This document shows, piece after piece, positions 42,455 through 57,672 of a stretch of 64,000 nucleotides of DNA. The stretch's first letter is position 1. Every line of letters starts with the position of its first letter. Source of the stretch: Octopus vulgaris (lineage: Eukaryota); assembly GCA_951406725.2 (NCBI GenBank), contig OX597821.1:102920001-102984000 (forward strand). Direction: 5' to 3'. The translations under genes and the position numbers were made by a program. A model generated the notes under the pieces. That model made no database searches. It was not told where the DNA came from and was given only the letters and a program-made list of their open reading frames with translations.

Positions 42455-43699
42455 TGTATGTATGTATATCCATGCATACATCTGCACACACAACAGCAAC
42501 AGCGAGAACAAAAAAGTTAATTGAATTCCGCACATTTTTCGGAATATGCTGAATCATCGCCAGACTGGAAACTGTGACAACGACAACAACAACAGCAACG
42601 GCAGCAATCAAATACAACAGCAGCAACTGGCTGCAGCAGGAATTGGCAGCAACAACAGCAACACCCGTAACTGTCAGCAGCAATTTTAGAAGCAATAGGC
42701 CGGTAACACCATCAGCAATCATTATTCTCCTGCTCGTCATCTCCGTTATCATCATCATCATCATAATTACTAACCACCACCACCAGCGGTTCGGCAAAAC
42801 AGACCGATAGAATAGGTAAAACTGTAAAAAAATAATCAAAAATTGGGGTTGATTCGTTCGATTAAATTTCTTCAAGGCGATGCTCCAGCACGGCCGCAGT
42901 CTAATGACTGAAACAAATAAAAGATAACGAGAAAGATACTAACAGCTCCTTTCTATTAGAGTTTTGGGGCAAGAGTCTTGGCGATTAAATCGAACCCAGA
43001 GCTCAACTGGTATATATTATATGAAGTCCGAGAGGACGAAAATCGGAATTTGAACTCAGAACGTAAAGACGGCCGAAACGCCGCTATGCATTGTACCCAA
43101 CGTGCTACCGATTTTGTCAGCTCACCGCTTTGATCTTGTTCGATAATAATGATTAACCCTTCAACTTTAGGTACAAGGTTTGAAATTTTGTGGCCGGGCG
43201 ATCGTTGATCACGTTGAGCCCAGTGCTCAAATGGTACGTATTTCAAATTATGATTTTGAGCGCATTTGACGTAAGTTCTTTTGGAATCATAATCGGAAAA
43301 CCTGACCTCTTCCGCAGCAGCTCTTAGAGTACCATACACATCTACGATGAAGTACCTCCAAAAGGCAAATACTACTTCGGCAGAATTTGGACCTAAAACG
43401 TAAAGACGTACAAAAATACTGTTAAGTATTTTGTCCGGTGCTCTAACGATTCTGCCAGTTCGCCGCCTTGTACAATAATCCTTTTTACTCTAAGTCCTGA
43501 AATTTATGGGGAAGGGAACTTGTCGATTACATCGACCCCAGTTTTTCACCGGTACTTATTTTATCGACCCCGAAAGGATGAAAGGCAAAGTTGACCTCGG
43601 CGGAATTTGAACTCAGAACGTAGTGACGGGCGAAATACAGGCCATCTTGTACAACAATTACAAATTGTTTCCGTGTGTTATGAGTTCTAGGGTTAGCGG

Positions 43700-44040
43700 T
43701 AAGATAAAGAGAATGACCTTGACAAAACTAACCCAGTAGAGCATCGCAGAGAGTTTCTCTTGTCAAACTATGCCAAGTCTCTGAAAATTCCTGCGTCCAA
43801 TCTCACCTTCAACCATCCTAGCCCTGTCTTAGCAATGGATCCAGATTATCAAGGACGAGGGAAAGCACGGATGATGCAGCACAGGTTTTCTCCGCATAAA
43901 ACTAGGCCCATATTCAAACCATGATTTTGAGACCATTGACGTAAACTCTTTTCGAATCACAATCGGAAAGTTAACTCCTTCTGCTGCCGTTGGAGTACCA
44001 TACACATCTTGACAATAAAATACTTCCAATTTCATAATTT
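43700..44040 (-). mobile_element. highly decayed LINE RT C-terminal remnant (partial second copy at 43235-43365)
   Basis: KLEVF..RC....GV.FSD across frames resembles the LEVFxxRCLRxILGIxWxD motif of RTE/L2-type LINEs. Confidence 0.35.
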
Positions 44041-44044
44041 ATTA

Positions 44045-44297
44045 GCGTTAAACTAATACATCTGTTTATTGTCTTCGTCTTTTGTTTTTTGTTTTGTAAA
44101 TTCTCCCTCGCCATGATAGATCGTTAGCCACTACACACATTTTCTTCTCTCCTTGTTTTTTTCTGTGTCCCTTTCTGTAGAAGAGCGTAGGCTCGAAACG
44201 TAAAAGACTTTTTCTATTCCGGAGCGTTATACTAATACCTCTGTCTGTTTTGTACACCACCTGTCTTCATCCTTTGTTTTTTTTCGTAAACTCTCCC
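44045..44297 (+). mobile_element. family C element with partial tandem duplication and hammerhead-like motif
   Basis: agcgtta.actaatac.tctgt occurs twice; cttt-CTGTAGA-a-gagc-gtag-gctc-GAAAC-GTA-aaag at 44171-44206. Confidence 0.65.
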
Positions 44298-44304
44298 TAT
44301 ATAT

Positions 44305-44703
44305 ACTCTTTTACTCTTTTACTTGTTTCAGTCATTTGACTGCGGCCATGCTGGAGCACCGCCTTCGGTCGAGCAAATCGAGCCCGGGACTTATTCTTTG
44401 TAAGCCCAGTACTTATTCTATCGGTCTCTTTTGCCGAACCGCTAAGTGACGGGGACGTAAACACACCAGCATCGGTTGTCAAGCAATGCCAGGGGGACAA
44501 ACACAGACACACAAACACACACATACATATATATATATATACATATATACGACAGACTTCTTTCAGTTTCCGTCTACCAAATCCACTCACAAGGCATTGG
44601 TCGGCCCGGGGCTATAGCAGAAGACACTTGCCCAAGATGCCACGCAGTGGGACTGAACCCGGAACCATGTGGTTGGTTAGCAAGCTACTTACCACACAGC
44701 CAC
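44305..44703 (-). mobile_element. family-2 SINE
   Basis: Near-consensus copy. Confidence 0.85.
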
Positions 44704-45199
44704 ATATATATATACATATAAAGGTGGTGCTCCAGCAAGACCGCAGTCAAATGACTGGAACGAATAAGAGAATAAAAGAATAAATGGAAATTCCTGGTAT
44801 ATAGGTGAACTGAATGGCCACGGCTAGAACGCCGTAAATCATACGTCTAGGTATAGCTGCAAATACTGAAATTCACGAATGAGCATCACTGAATCACCAT
44901 TCATTTATCTCATCTCTTTCGTAGACACACACACATACAACCCCCTCACTCTTTCTCTCTTTCTTTCTTTCTTTCTTGCTTTCTTTCTTTCTTTCTTTCT
45001 TTCTTTCCTTCTTTCTCTTTCTCTCTCTCTCTCTCTGTGTCTCTCTCACACACAGACTCACACACCCGCATACCCGTATTCACTCCCATACGGGTACATG
45101 AAAAGTATGCATTCCATACATATTCACAAATGTAGTCAGAAGGAACGGAATTAATATATGAGAATGCGCGTGAGTTGAGTGTGTATGCATGCACTCGTG

Positions 45200-45657
45200 C
45201 GTGTATGTATGTATGTATGTATGTATGTATGTATGTATGTATGTATGTATGTGTGTATGTATGTATGTATGTATGTATGTATGTATGTATGTATGTATGT
45301 ATGTATGTATGTATGTATGTATGTATGTATGTATGTATGTATGTATGTATGTATGTATGTATGTATGTATGTATGTATGTATGTACGTACGTACGTATGT
45401 ATGTATGTATGTATGTGTGTATGTAAGTATGTATGTATGTATGTATGTATGTGTGTATGTATGCATGTATGTATGTATGTATGTATGTGTGTATGTATGT
45501 ATGTATGTATGTGTGTATGTATGTATGTATGTATGTATGTATGTATGTATGTATGTATGTATGTGTATGTATGTATGTATGTATGTATGTATGTATGTAT
45601 GTATGTATGTATGTATGTATGTGTGTATGTGTGTATGTATGTATGTATGTATGTATG

Positions 45658-45689
<32 letters not shown>

Positions 45690-45991
45690 TGTATGTATGT
45701 ATGTATGTATGTATGTATGTATGTATGTATGTATGTATGTATGTATGTATGTATGTATGTATGTATGTATGTATGTATGTATGTATGTATGTATGTATGT
45801 ATGTATGTATGTATGTATGTATGTATGTATGTATGTATGTATGCATGTATGTATGTATGTGTGTATGTATGTATGTATGTATGTATGTATGTATGTATGT
45901 ATGTATGTATGTATGTATGTATGTATGTATGTATGTATGTATGTATGTATGTATGTGTGTATGTATGTATGTATGTATGCATGTATGTATG

Positions 45992-46022
<31 letters not shown>

Positions 46023-46484
46023 TGTATGTATGTATGTATGTATGTATGTATGTATGTATGTATGTATGTATGTATGTATGTATGTATGTATGTATGTATG
46101 TATGTATGTATGTATGTATGTATGTATGTATGTATGTATGTATGTATGTATGTATGTATGTATGTATGTATGTATGTATGTATGTATGTATGTATGTATG
46201 TATGTATGTATGTATGTGTGTATGTATGTATGTATGTATGTGTGTATGTATGTATGTGTGTATGTATGTATGTATGTATGTATGTATGTGTGTATGTATG
46301 TATGTATGTATGTATGTATGTGTGTATGTATGTATGTATGTATGTGTGTATGTATGTATGTATGTATGTATGTATGTGTGTATGTGTGTATGTATGTATG
46401 TATGTATGTATGTATGTATGTATGTATGTATGTATGTATGTATGTATGTATGTATGTATGTATGTATGTATGTATGTATGTATG

Positions 46485-46515
<31 letters not shown>

Positions 46516-46553
46516 TGTATGTATGTATGTATGTATGTATGTATGTATGTATG

Positions 46554-46584
<31 letters not shown>

Positions 46585-46630
46585 TGTATGTATGTATGTA
46601 TGTATGTATGTATGTATGTATGTGTGTATG
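45200..46630. repeat. ~1.4 kb (ATGT)n microsatellite
   Basis: Direct inspection. Confidence 0.98.
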
Positions 46631-46823
46631 TAGGGGGCACGTGCGTTCGTGTGTGTGTGTGTGAAAACACATAACGTGATGCTATGCAATGATTCATACA
46701 TAAAACGTGCAATAATATAATATTTGATATATGTGTATGTACGTGTATGTGTGTGTGTGTGTGTGTACAACGCAACGCGCAATTACGTGCGCGCGCATAC
46801 ACGCACATACGCACACACACAGA

Positions 46824-46868
<45 letters not shown>

Positions 46869-47002
46869 TCATAAACGGACACAGCACTGAGACAAACATA
46901 GCATTGTTGTGTATCGGGCTTTTTTATGAATATTCATATTGAGTAACAATCGAACGCTAACAACAACAGTAAACCGGAAACAATGACAACATGCATACAC
47001 AC

Positions 47003-47062
<60 letters not shown>

Positions 47063-47212
47063 ACACACACACACACACACATACACACATATATAAAATA
47101 CAAAAAAATGTAATCAATACTGCTGTAGAAAGAAATAATTTGTGACCTGAACACTAACAACAACAACAACAACAACAACAATAACAACAACAATAACAAT
47201 AATAATAATAAC

Positions 47213-47263
<51 letters not shown>

Positions 47264-47310
47264 AAGAAGAAGAAGAAGAAGAAGAAGAAGAAGAAGAAGA
47301 AGAAGAAGAA

Positions 47311-47341
<31 letters not shown>

Positions 47342-47857
47342 TGGGGGCGCATCATAGTCATGTATTGAGAGGGATTGTTTGGGGTTTGAATAATTCACCT
47401 TTGGAAACATAGGTGTTTCGTTCAACATCCTTAAACAACCCTTACTCAGGGACCTTTTGAGCGGGATGGGTTACTCGACCTCAAGAAAATTCTAACTGCG
47501 AGGTCATGTGCTGTTTATCTTGATATAGGATCACCATGTCGCGCACATATGGTTGTGATGCATGTGCCTGGTGTACCCTTATCACACGAGTAGTCATGAT
47601 GGGTATACTGGGCTTCGTATATTTTACCCCAGTGTCATTTTGATGGCATGCACTGCTCTCTCACTCAAAAAAAAAAAATAATAATAATAATTATCTCTTT
47701 GACTCTATATCTTCTGGAGGGGTTACCTCAATCCTTTATATATTAACCAAAATGAAGTAGATTGAAAAATTTATTTTTTGAATCAGTTGAAGACACACAA
47801 AATGTCGAAATATCGTTCACTAGATAACAATGGCTTTCTTCTTTTAATTTTGATTTT

Positions 47858-48210
<353 letters not shown>

Positions 48211-48218
48211 TAATAATA

Positions 48219-48271
<53 letters not shown>

Positions 48272-48272
<1 letters not shown>

Positions 48273-48362
48273 GTAACATCGAAAAATACTTTAGGAATGA
48301 GAACCCAAGTTCGAAATTTCCCCCAAGACACCTGAAGAAGGCTGGAGGGTATATCAGCAAAC
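48272..48362 (+). mobile_element. truncated (TAA)n-associated hammerhead element (family G)
   Basis: gacac-CTGAAGA-a-ggctg-gagggtatat-cagc, then truncated; homologous to 55500-55700. Confidence 0.6.
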
Positions 48363-48393
48363 ACACGCACACACACACGCGCGCGCGCGCGCG

Positions 48394-48437
<44 letters not shown>

Positions 48438-48670
48438 AGCTTGACCAGAATTTTCGTCCGATGTCACTTTGTCCAATATCAATCACTAAACACTTTTACT
48501 CTTTTACTTGTTTCAGTCATTTGACTGTGGCCATGCTGTAGCACCGCCTTTAGTCGAGCAAATCGACCCCAGGACTTATTCTTTGTATGTCTAGTGCTTA
48601 ATCTATCGGTTCTCTTTTGCACAACCGTTAATGTTACAGGGACGTAAACACACACACACACACACACACA

Positions 48671-48701
<31 letters not shown>

Positions 48702-48717
48702 ATAGATATATACATAC

Positions 48718-49242
48718 ATGGTGGCTGCCCCCTCGTTATCGAGTATGGCCATTGCATGAAGCTTAATCAATGTTGGTATCAAGTGAGGAAAGGCTGTGCA
48801 CTGAGTCAATCCCACTCACTAAACAACAGCAGCCATAATCCGAAAAGAAGAACAAGTCAACATCATCGGTAACCACTGAGCCGCAGGTTTGACGTCGAAT
48901 TTATCCCAGTTACCTGAGTTACCTTCTCCTAGAAGGATGCCCTAACAAAGGCTAGGGAGTCCTTCACTCCCAATGGTTTAACCGCACGATCGGGTATTCA
49001 GTCCGATTATTTCTCTGCCCCCGCGCATGATATAGCCTTAAGACATTTATTGGATGGCCGTTGACTCTCAAGAGTTCCTCCGCCCTTTGACGGGTTATGT
49101 TTTTCATCCCACAGGGTGTCCACAAAACACCCTCCTCACCAAGCAAGCTTGGTGGGGTTGCCGGTTTAGTCGCCGACGACTCGACCATGCAACAGGTTGT
49201 ACGGGGTTACATGTTACCAGTATCACTCAAAGGTGACCTGAC
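48718..49242 (-). mobile_element. short internally deleted RTE-like element
   Basis: Contains the RTE 5'UTR-like motif tagggcatccttctaggagaaggtaactc and an RTE-like 3' end (tggccatactcgataacgagggggcagcc); no ORF. Confidence 0.5.
49161..49242 (-). ncRNA. candidate HDV-like ribozyme
   Basis: P1 gtcaggt/acctgtt, P2 ctggt/accgg, P3 tgt/aca with loop aaccccgt, P4 gtcg/cggc, J4/2 gaCTAA. P1.1 is not canonical. Confidence 0.4.
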
Positions 49243-49507
49243 ATATACATACATACAGACACATATATATATATATATGTGTGTGTGATAAATAAAAATA
49301 TATGCATACATACAAACATATATGTACGTACCTACATCTACATGTATATATACATGCATATATAAGTAAATATACGTGAGTACAGGACACCACAACAAGA
49401 CGTAGAAACGGGAAGAACAAAAATTTACAAGAAAACAAGTACAGAACAAGCTACATAAGAAAAAATCCACCGTCATCAGCTGTCGCTAGACTCGAGCGTG
49501 TTTCGAA

Positions 49508-49600
<93 letters not shown>

Positions 49601-49814
49601 AAAAAAACCCAACAAAGTCGAAGACAGGTGGTGTAGACAACAAACAGATGTATTAGTATAACGCTCGGGAAGTGAAAAAGCCTTTAACGTTTCGATCCTA
49701 CGCTCTTTCAAAGAAAGGAACACAGAATGTGCAGCGGCTAGCGATACATACATACATTCATACATACATACATACATACATACATACATACATACATACA
49801 TACATACATACACA

Positions 49815-50036
49815 CACAAGAGGATTCTCAAAAGTTCCTGGCTCTGTGTAAAAGAAAATGTAAGAGAAACAGTTAATTATGATTTTATTCGACATATTTC
49901 CCTCTCAGATTCACACACTTATTGCAGCTTTCCTTCAGTTTTTCTAAGCCCTGTAAAAGAACTCTGAAGTTTAGGCCTTCAACCATGCTTCTCGCGACAC
50001 CCTTAAAGCTAAAAAATTTTCAGCTCCCCTCGTTTG
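49815..50036 (-). mobile_element. mariner-derived non-autonomous element (same family as 5868-6086)
   Basis: aaaagttcctggct ... ttttcagctcccctcgt TIRs; reverse complement of the 5868 copy. Confidence 0.75.
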
Positions 50037-50068
<32 letters not shown>

Positions 50069-50834
50069 TGTATGTATGTATGTATGTATGTATGTATGTA
50101 TCTTCTATTTTTTAATTATCATAAATCTTCCACTGAGGTGGGAACCGGTTTGTATGTATGTATATATGTATGTATGTATATTTGTTTGTATGTATGTATG
50201 TATGTATGTATGTATGTATGTATGTATGTATGTATGCATGTATGTATGTATGTGTGTGTGTGTATGTACGTATGTATGTATGAATCTATGTATGCATGTA
50301 TGTATGCGTGCTTGTATGTATGCATGTATGCGTGCATGTATGCGTGCATGTATGTGTGTATGCTTGCATATATGTATGTATGTATGAATGTATGTGTGGA
50401 TGTATGTATGCATGTGTGTATGTATGTATTGCTATTTCTGTGTTTATTTTACAGCGGTTCCTTATCTGTTTAAATGTAGTTGGACCACATGTTAAGAATC
50501 GCCACATGGTAACTATCTATTCCTGGCTTTACAACATGACATTTTAAAATTGCTTTGTCGTTCTTCTTCTTTGGAGGTAAAAAAAGACTCAAAACTGTGA
50601 CATTGTGTCAATTGTTGTTGCTGCAATTGTTGTCGGTGTTGTTGTAGGCCGTGGTGGTAGTGGTGGGGTCGGGGTCGGAGTTGCGGGTGGCGTTGCGAAG
50701 GCCTTTGATGTTGATGTTATTGTTGTTGTTTAGCATTGGTGGTAGTGGTGGTTGGTGGGGGTGTGTGTGCATGGTGAGGCGAAGTGAAACGACGAGGAGT
50801 GGGAAGAGGTAAAAAGTAGAAAATTACAAATGAG

Positions 50835-50850
50835 CAGCAGCAGTAGTTAT

Positions 50851-50895
<45 letters not shown>

Positions 50896-50949
50896 ATAGT
50901 TGTAGTAGTAATGTTGGTTATAGTAGTAGTAGTAGTAATAGTCGTCTTG

Positions 50950-51001
<52 letters not shown>

Positions 51002-51159
51002 CATTAGTGTTGTTTGTAGTAGTAGTAGCTGTAGTGTTGTTTGTAGTGGTAGAAGTTGTAATAATAGTAATAGCAGCATTGGTTATAGTAGTTGTGTTTA
51101 TTGTGATAGTTGTAGTAGTGGTTGTTGTAGTAATGTTGGTTGTAGTAATAGTCGTGTTG

Positions 51160-51221
<62 letters not shown>

Positions 51222-51290
51222 CGTAGTAGTAGTAGTAGTAGTGGCAGTAGTTGTAGTAGCATTAGTGTTGGTTGTAGTAGTAGTAGTTGT

Positions 51291-51361
<71 letters not shown>

Positions 51362-51400
51362 CAGTAGTAGTAGTAGTGGTGGTGGTGGTGGTGGTGGTGG
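50835..51400. repeat. (GTA)n/(GCA)n/(GTG)n tract
   Basis: Direct inspection. Confidence 0.95.
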
Positions 51401-51875
51401 TATCGGAAATTTGGCGTTCGTTTCTGTGTACATTTGGATGTTGACATGCCGATAGAAACCATTCAACGAAATCACAGAAGCCTGAAAAATACTGAAGCCA
51501 CGCATGACTGCCCCTTAATATATTTGTAGCTTATTAACACAACTCGCATAGTTTGTCTAGTTCCCATGTTGTTACACTTCCTTCACTCTACCGCCCAGCT
51601 TATTTGAATGAAAACGAATAGAGGCTGTCCCTTTTCTTGGCGATAGAAATAGTCCATCTCTCAAGGGACAGATCATTTCCGAACTGGCCCTTAACTGAAT
51701 ATAGCGGGGTCCATTACAGCTAGGTGTCTTATTTTGGAAATGTTTTCGCTTTTCTTCTCCTCAGTTTTGGAGGTCCTGAAAGAGGTGATGGGCATTATCC
51801 GTCTCCCTCTAAGCCCTTACCCCGACAAAGTTTTCCTAACCTATGTCACATAATGATAGTGACAACACCCACTTC

Positions 51876-51961
<86 letters not shown>

Positions 51962-52902
51962 GGATGTCTATCTGCCTGCCCGTCTGTCAGTATGATTGTC
52001 TCTGAAAAAAGACAAAGGTCCGAAACGTTTAACTTACCCCTTCTCTATGAGTATAAGACGTATTTCACTGTTTTGAAATTATTTGCGGCATGATAGAGAG
52101 CTTAACTCACGATGATAAAGTTATGAGTTTAATTCATTGATCCCGGCCGTACATTATGTCCTTGAGCAAGGCACTTCGTTCACACATTACTCCAGTAATC
52201 TTAGCCGAAAATTGCTTGTACAAATGTCTGTCTGTCTCTGTCCTTCTCTTTGTCGTTCTTTCTCCTTTCAGCTGTAACGTTCTGGAAATGCCACTGGATC
52301 AAGGAAAACTGGACAGAGGTTGTCTCGGTCTGCCTGTGACTCTATAGGCACCTAAGACAATTAGAGACAGCATGGTACACTCTACCAAACCATATTCGCT
52401 CGCGAGTGACGACTAGCTATACTTTTTTTGCCAACGTGGAATTAGTTTCTTCCGTAGATTCTACAGTTTCACTACATTTCAACATTTAGATTTATTTTCC
52501 CTTATAAACAGCTGTACAAGAATACAAGTATAATATATAACTAGAAAAAAAACAACAAATAAATAAATGAATAAAACCGACCGGAGCAAAAACAATAGTG
52601 TGGGGATCAAATCACAGTAATTCGACTGTTTGTGTTATTTTAATTTTTTTATGTTATAAATTTATTATAAATCTAATTCTATTTTATTTGTTATAAAATC
52701 GCATTCCTGTGTCACGTGAGAAACTACCCTGGTCCATAAGATATCATGTGATCTGAATACATAATAACTATTGGCCATAAATAGCTACTTTAAAGGGTGT
52801 GTTATAGTTTATCTTTATGTATATATGTGTGTGTGTGTGTATATATATATATGCATTTATATACATATACATACATACGTATCTCTCTCTCTCTCTCTCT
52901 CT

Positions 52903-52938
<36 letters not shown>

Positions 52939-53557
52939 TAGATATATATACAAATATACATTCATTTATATATATATATATATATATGTGTGTGTTTTAT
53001 ATGTAATAAATAGACACATATGAATATAATGAATATATATATCATAAATAAATGGCGTGTGCTGGTATAAGATGTTGGATAACAATGAAAGTTCTGTATT
53101 ATGAGCGACAAAGGGCTTTACATCGAGTGCAGGGCGTGGGTCAAACCACAAACAATTCGACTCCATTTTGTTTTCTTTTTATATATATAAATATGTGTGT
53201 GCGCGCGTGTGCGTGTGTGAGGCGTGTGTGTGCTTGTGTGTTTGTGTGTGTGAGGCGTGTGTGTGCTTGTGTGTTTGTGTGTGTGTAAGGGTGTTTTGTG
53301 CATCGTGTGATTACATATGCCGTTTGCTGTACCATAAACATGGCATGTTTTTAATTTTGGTATTATGAGACTTGCATATAAACATGTACGTTGACGGGTG
53401 TATATATTATATAGCATAAGCATAATGTCTGCAGACATATCATACATGGCATCTGTTGAATGGCATCTACTGGGTTAGTTCATATTACTTGCTAATCGAA
53501 TCAAACACCTAACAATACTATGATTGGTATGTATCCATGTATATATGTGTATATGTA

Positions 53558-53590
<33 letters not shown>

Positions 53591-53892
53591 ATGTATGTAT
53601 GTATGTATGTATGTATGTATGTATGTATGTATGTATGTACGTACGTAGGTATGTATGTGTGTATACATATATATAGGTATATAGATATGCATGTATATAG
53701 GTATGTATATTTGGATGTATGTCTGTGTTTTTTTTATAAGTGTAGAGGTTTAATAGATGCGTTGGCATTACGATACTGTCACGTGAACGTGCGGGTGTGT
53801 ATATTAACGTATACATACATGCACACATACATATACACATATTCATATACTAACATATACATACACTCACACACACACACATATATATATAC

Positions 53893-53969
<77 letters not shown>

Positions 53970-54399
53970 AACATGTGTGTCCACATATGTGTGTGTGTGT
54001 GTGTCTGTTTGTAGAACAGACGTAGTAGGTTATCAGTTCACCCCACCGTCAACCTTCTTTAATCAAGAGCCCCCGCTAGGCATCGGCCATTGCAGTCACA
54101 GGAAAATCAAAACAACAACAACAACAACAACAAAAGTAACACAGCATCATCATCATCATCATGTCCACTATCAGCAGCGGTGGTGGTGGTGATGGTGGCG
54201 GCGGTGGCAGTAGTAGCAGCAGCAGCAGCAGCAGCAGCAGCATGTCATTGAATCCACTTGCCCCACTCTGATATTTTATAGCGAAAACCTGAAACAATCT
54301 CACAGATATCATTTTTCGAAAAAGAACTTATGCAACAAGAAACAAACAATTTTTTTATTTTTTTGCTTGCTTGTTTGTTTGTTTCTCCTCCGTATATAA

Positions 54400-55122
<723 letters not shown>

Positions 55123-55240
55123 ATTGGGGGTTTTCGCTTCGAAACTGCTTCAATTTTACCGAATAGAATAGACATTTGGAGAAGAACGACGTGTGTAACG
55201 GAAGAGGCGTTGCGGGCACGAGATCGTGTATATACATATG

Positions 55241-55340
<100 letters not shown>

Positions 55341-55604
55341 ACAAACAGACTTTGCACGTTCATAGTGGAGCGTACGGTTTTCATTTATCGTTTTCTTTTT
55401 CATGAAAAATCGAAGTGAGCGAGTTGAACAAAAAAGAAAAGAAAAAAAAAACAATCGAGAAACTCAACAAGTAAAAAATAAAAATAAACCAATAATTAAA
55501 AAAAAGAATTCAGTTCTATATTTAAGAGATGAGAAATTATCTACATTATTTATATTATTTACATTATTTACATTTGACGGAAATGTGCCCTCATCTTTGT
55601 TGTT

Positions 55605-55650
55605 AACGCAATGTTTCGGCTGATATACCCTCCGGCCTTCATCAGGCGTC
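55605..55650 (-). ncRNA. hammerhead ribozyme motif within (TAA)n-associated element 55500-55700 (family G)
   Basis: gacgc-CTGATGA-a-ggc..gcc-GAAAC-ATT-gcgtt; stem I gacgc/gcgtt pairs, stem III carries a mismatch. Confidence 0.6.
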
Positions 55651-55711
55651 TTGGGGAAATTTCCAACCTGGGTGCTCATTCTTAAGGCATTTTTCGCTGT
55701 TGTTATTATCA

Positions 55712-55779
<68 letters not shown>

Positions 55780-55788
55780 GTTATTATG

Positions 55789-55824
<36 letters not shown>

Positions 55825-55826
55825 GG

Positions 55827-55859
<33 letters not shown>

Positions 55860-55920
55860 GTCCTTTTCTGGCGTGTGCCTATACCTATCTTTTTTCTGTT
55901 GTTATTCCATAGTGTTAGCA

Positions 55921-56008
<88 letters not shown>

Positions 56009-56264
56009 TAGGTCACTGCCTGGAATCGAACTCGTAATCGTGGGGTTAGTAGAAGCTTGAAAAATTGGCTACCGTCGTTATCAAATCTGTTGAATGCGAT
56101 AAATGGGGAGCGTGGGTAGTTGAAATCCATTGTTGATAGCAGCTTTGATAGATTTCGACTGCTTATATGCAGCTGAAACCGCGATTCTTTAATGATAACA
56201 CTATCAAGATGGTTGACCCCATATCGGTTTAAATATTCGAAAGTTATTTCTTATCACCGAAACT

Positions 56265-56606
56265 TTACTTGCTCCAGCGATGTCCTGCACCAGCTTCCTG
56301 TGAAACTTGAGAAATTGTTCCACCCTCACAGATTAATTCATAATAATCACAGCTGACTTTTGTGTGTGAGTGGATCAGAATGATTGCCTTCGGTTCCCGA
56401 TCTCTTATCTGAGCAAGTTCACCATACATGTAGTGCCGAAGGTCAACGAACCGGCAGATATCTAATATAACCGACAGCCAACAAAACTTGACTCGTTGAT
56501 TCATTGATGTGAGGCCGTAATAAGGTTTATCAGCGAATTGAACGGACGCCAGCAACACATTCAGCAAGTCTGCAAAACCGTATAACACAATCTGGTCAAG
56601 TGCCAT
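56265..56606 (-). pseudogene. possible decayed hAT transposase fragment
   Basis: LDICRF...MYGELAQIRDREPKAIILIH loosely resembles the hAT CRGQxYD...MxG...AxI...EPKAxxIHC motif. Confidence 0.3.
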
Positions 56607-56879
56607 GAATTAATAAAGACATGGTGGGCGATTTGCCCAGTTCCACCATTCAGGGAACAGTATCCGAGTCTTCAATTCAATTTTAACGTATTTACTACCG
56701 GGTGTCAATCTTCTGTTTTCTTCTTTTTTTTTCTTTTCAGGAAAGAACCGAGACTATAAAGAGCGGGATACAATCACTCCAAAAAATGAGATGATTAGAT
56801 TTACGGCGAGAAATATGAAAATTCTTAGACGGTGGTATAAAAAGATAGATAGTTTGGCTGGAAGGTATTGACAGAATCA

Positions 56880-57112
56880 AAGGCGGTGAACTGGCAGAAA
56901 GGTTAGCACGCTGAGCGAAATGCTTAGCGGTATTTCGTCTGCCGTTACGTTCTGAGTTTAAATTCCGCCGAGGTCGACTTTGCCTTTCATCCTTTCGGGG
57001 TCGATTAAATAAGTACCAGTTACGCACTGGGGCCGATATAATCGACTTAATACGTTTGTCTGTCCTTGTTTGTCCTCTCTGTGTTTAGCCCCTTGTGCGT
57101 AGTAAAGAAATA
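56880..57112 (+). mobile_element. family-1 SINE with TSD
   Basis: Flanked by aggtattgacagaatca on both sides. Confidence 0.85.
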
Positions 57113-57254
57113 GGTATTGACAGAATCATTAGTATATCAGAAGAAATAAATTTGTCGTGAGGAATATGAAGATTCCTAGAGGGTGGCTTAAAAGGTTAGG
57201 AGAGTATCAGAAGAATCATTAGAGTGTCATAATAAATGCTTTACTGTCAGTATT

Positions 57255-57672
57255 TCTTATTTCTTTATTGCCCAGAAGGCGCTAAACATAGAGGGGACAA
57301 ACAAGGACTGACAAAGGGATTAAGTCGATTTTATCGACCCCAGTGCGTAGCTGGTACTTATTTAATCGACTCCGAAAGGATGAAAGGCAAAGTCGACCTC
57401 GGCGGAATTTGAACTCAGAACGTAGCGGCAGACGAAATACCTATTTCTTTACTACCCACAAGGGGCTAAACACAGAAGGGACAAACAAGGACAGACAAAC
57501 GGATTAAGTCAATTACATCGACCCCAGTGCGTAACTGGTACTTAATTTATCGACCCCGAAAGGATGAAAGGCAAAGTCGACCTCAGGGGAGTTTGAACTC
57601 AGAACGTAACGGCAGACGAAATGCCACTAAGCATTTCGCCCGGCGTGCTAACGATTCTGCCAGCTCGCCGCC
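57255..57672 (-). mobile_element. tandem dimer of family-1 SINE
   Basis: ~185-bp unit ctatttcttta..cccacaaggggctaaac...gcagacgaaat repeated twice. Confidence 0.85.

Noticed and set aside
44946-46868. 640-aa and overlapping long ORFs (HTYI/MYVC repeats)
   Set aside because: Translations of the (ATGT)n microsatellite, open in nearly all frames.
47780-47825. TTGAAGA...GAAAT hammerhead-like motif
   Set aside because: Core and stems too degenerate to call.
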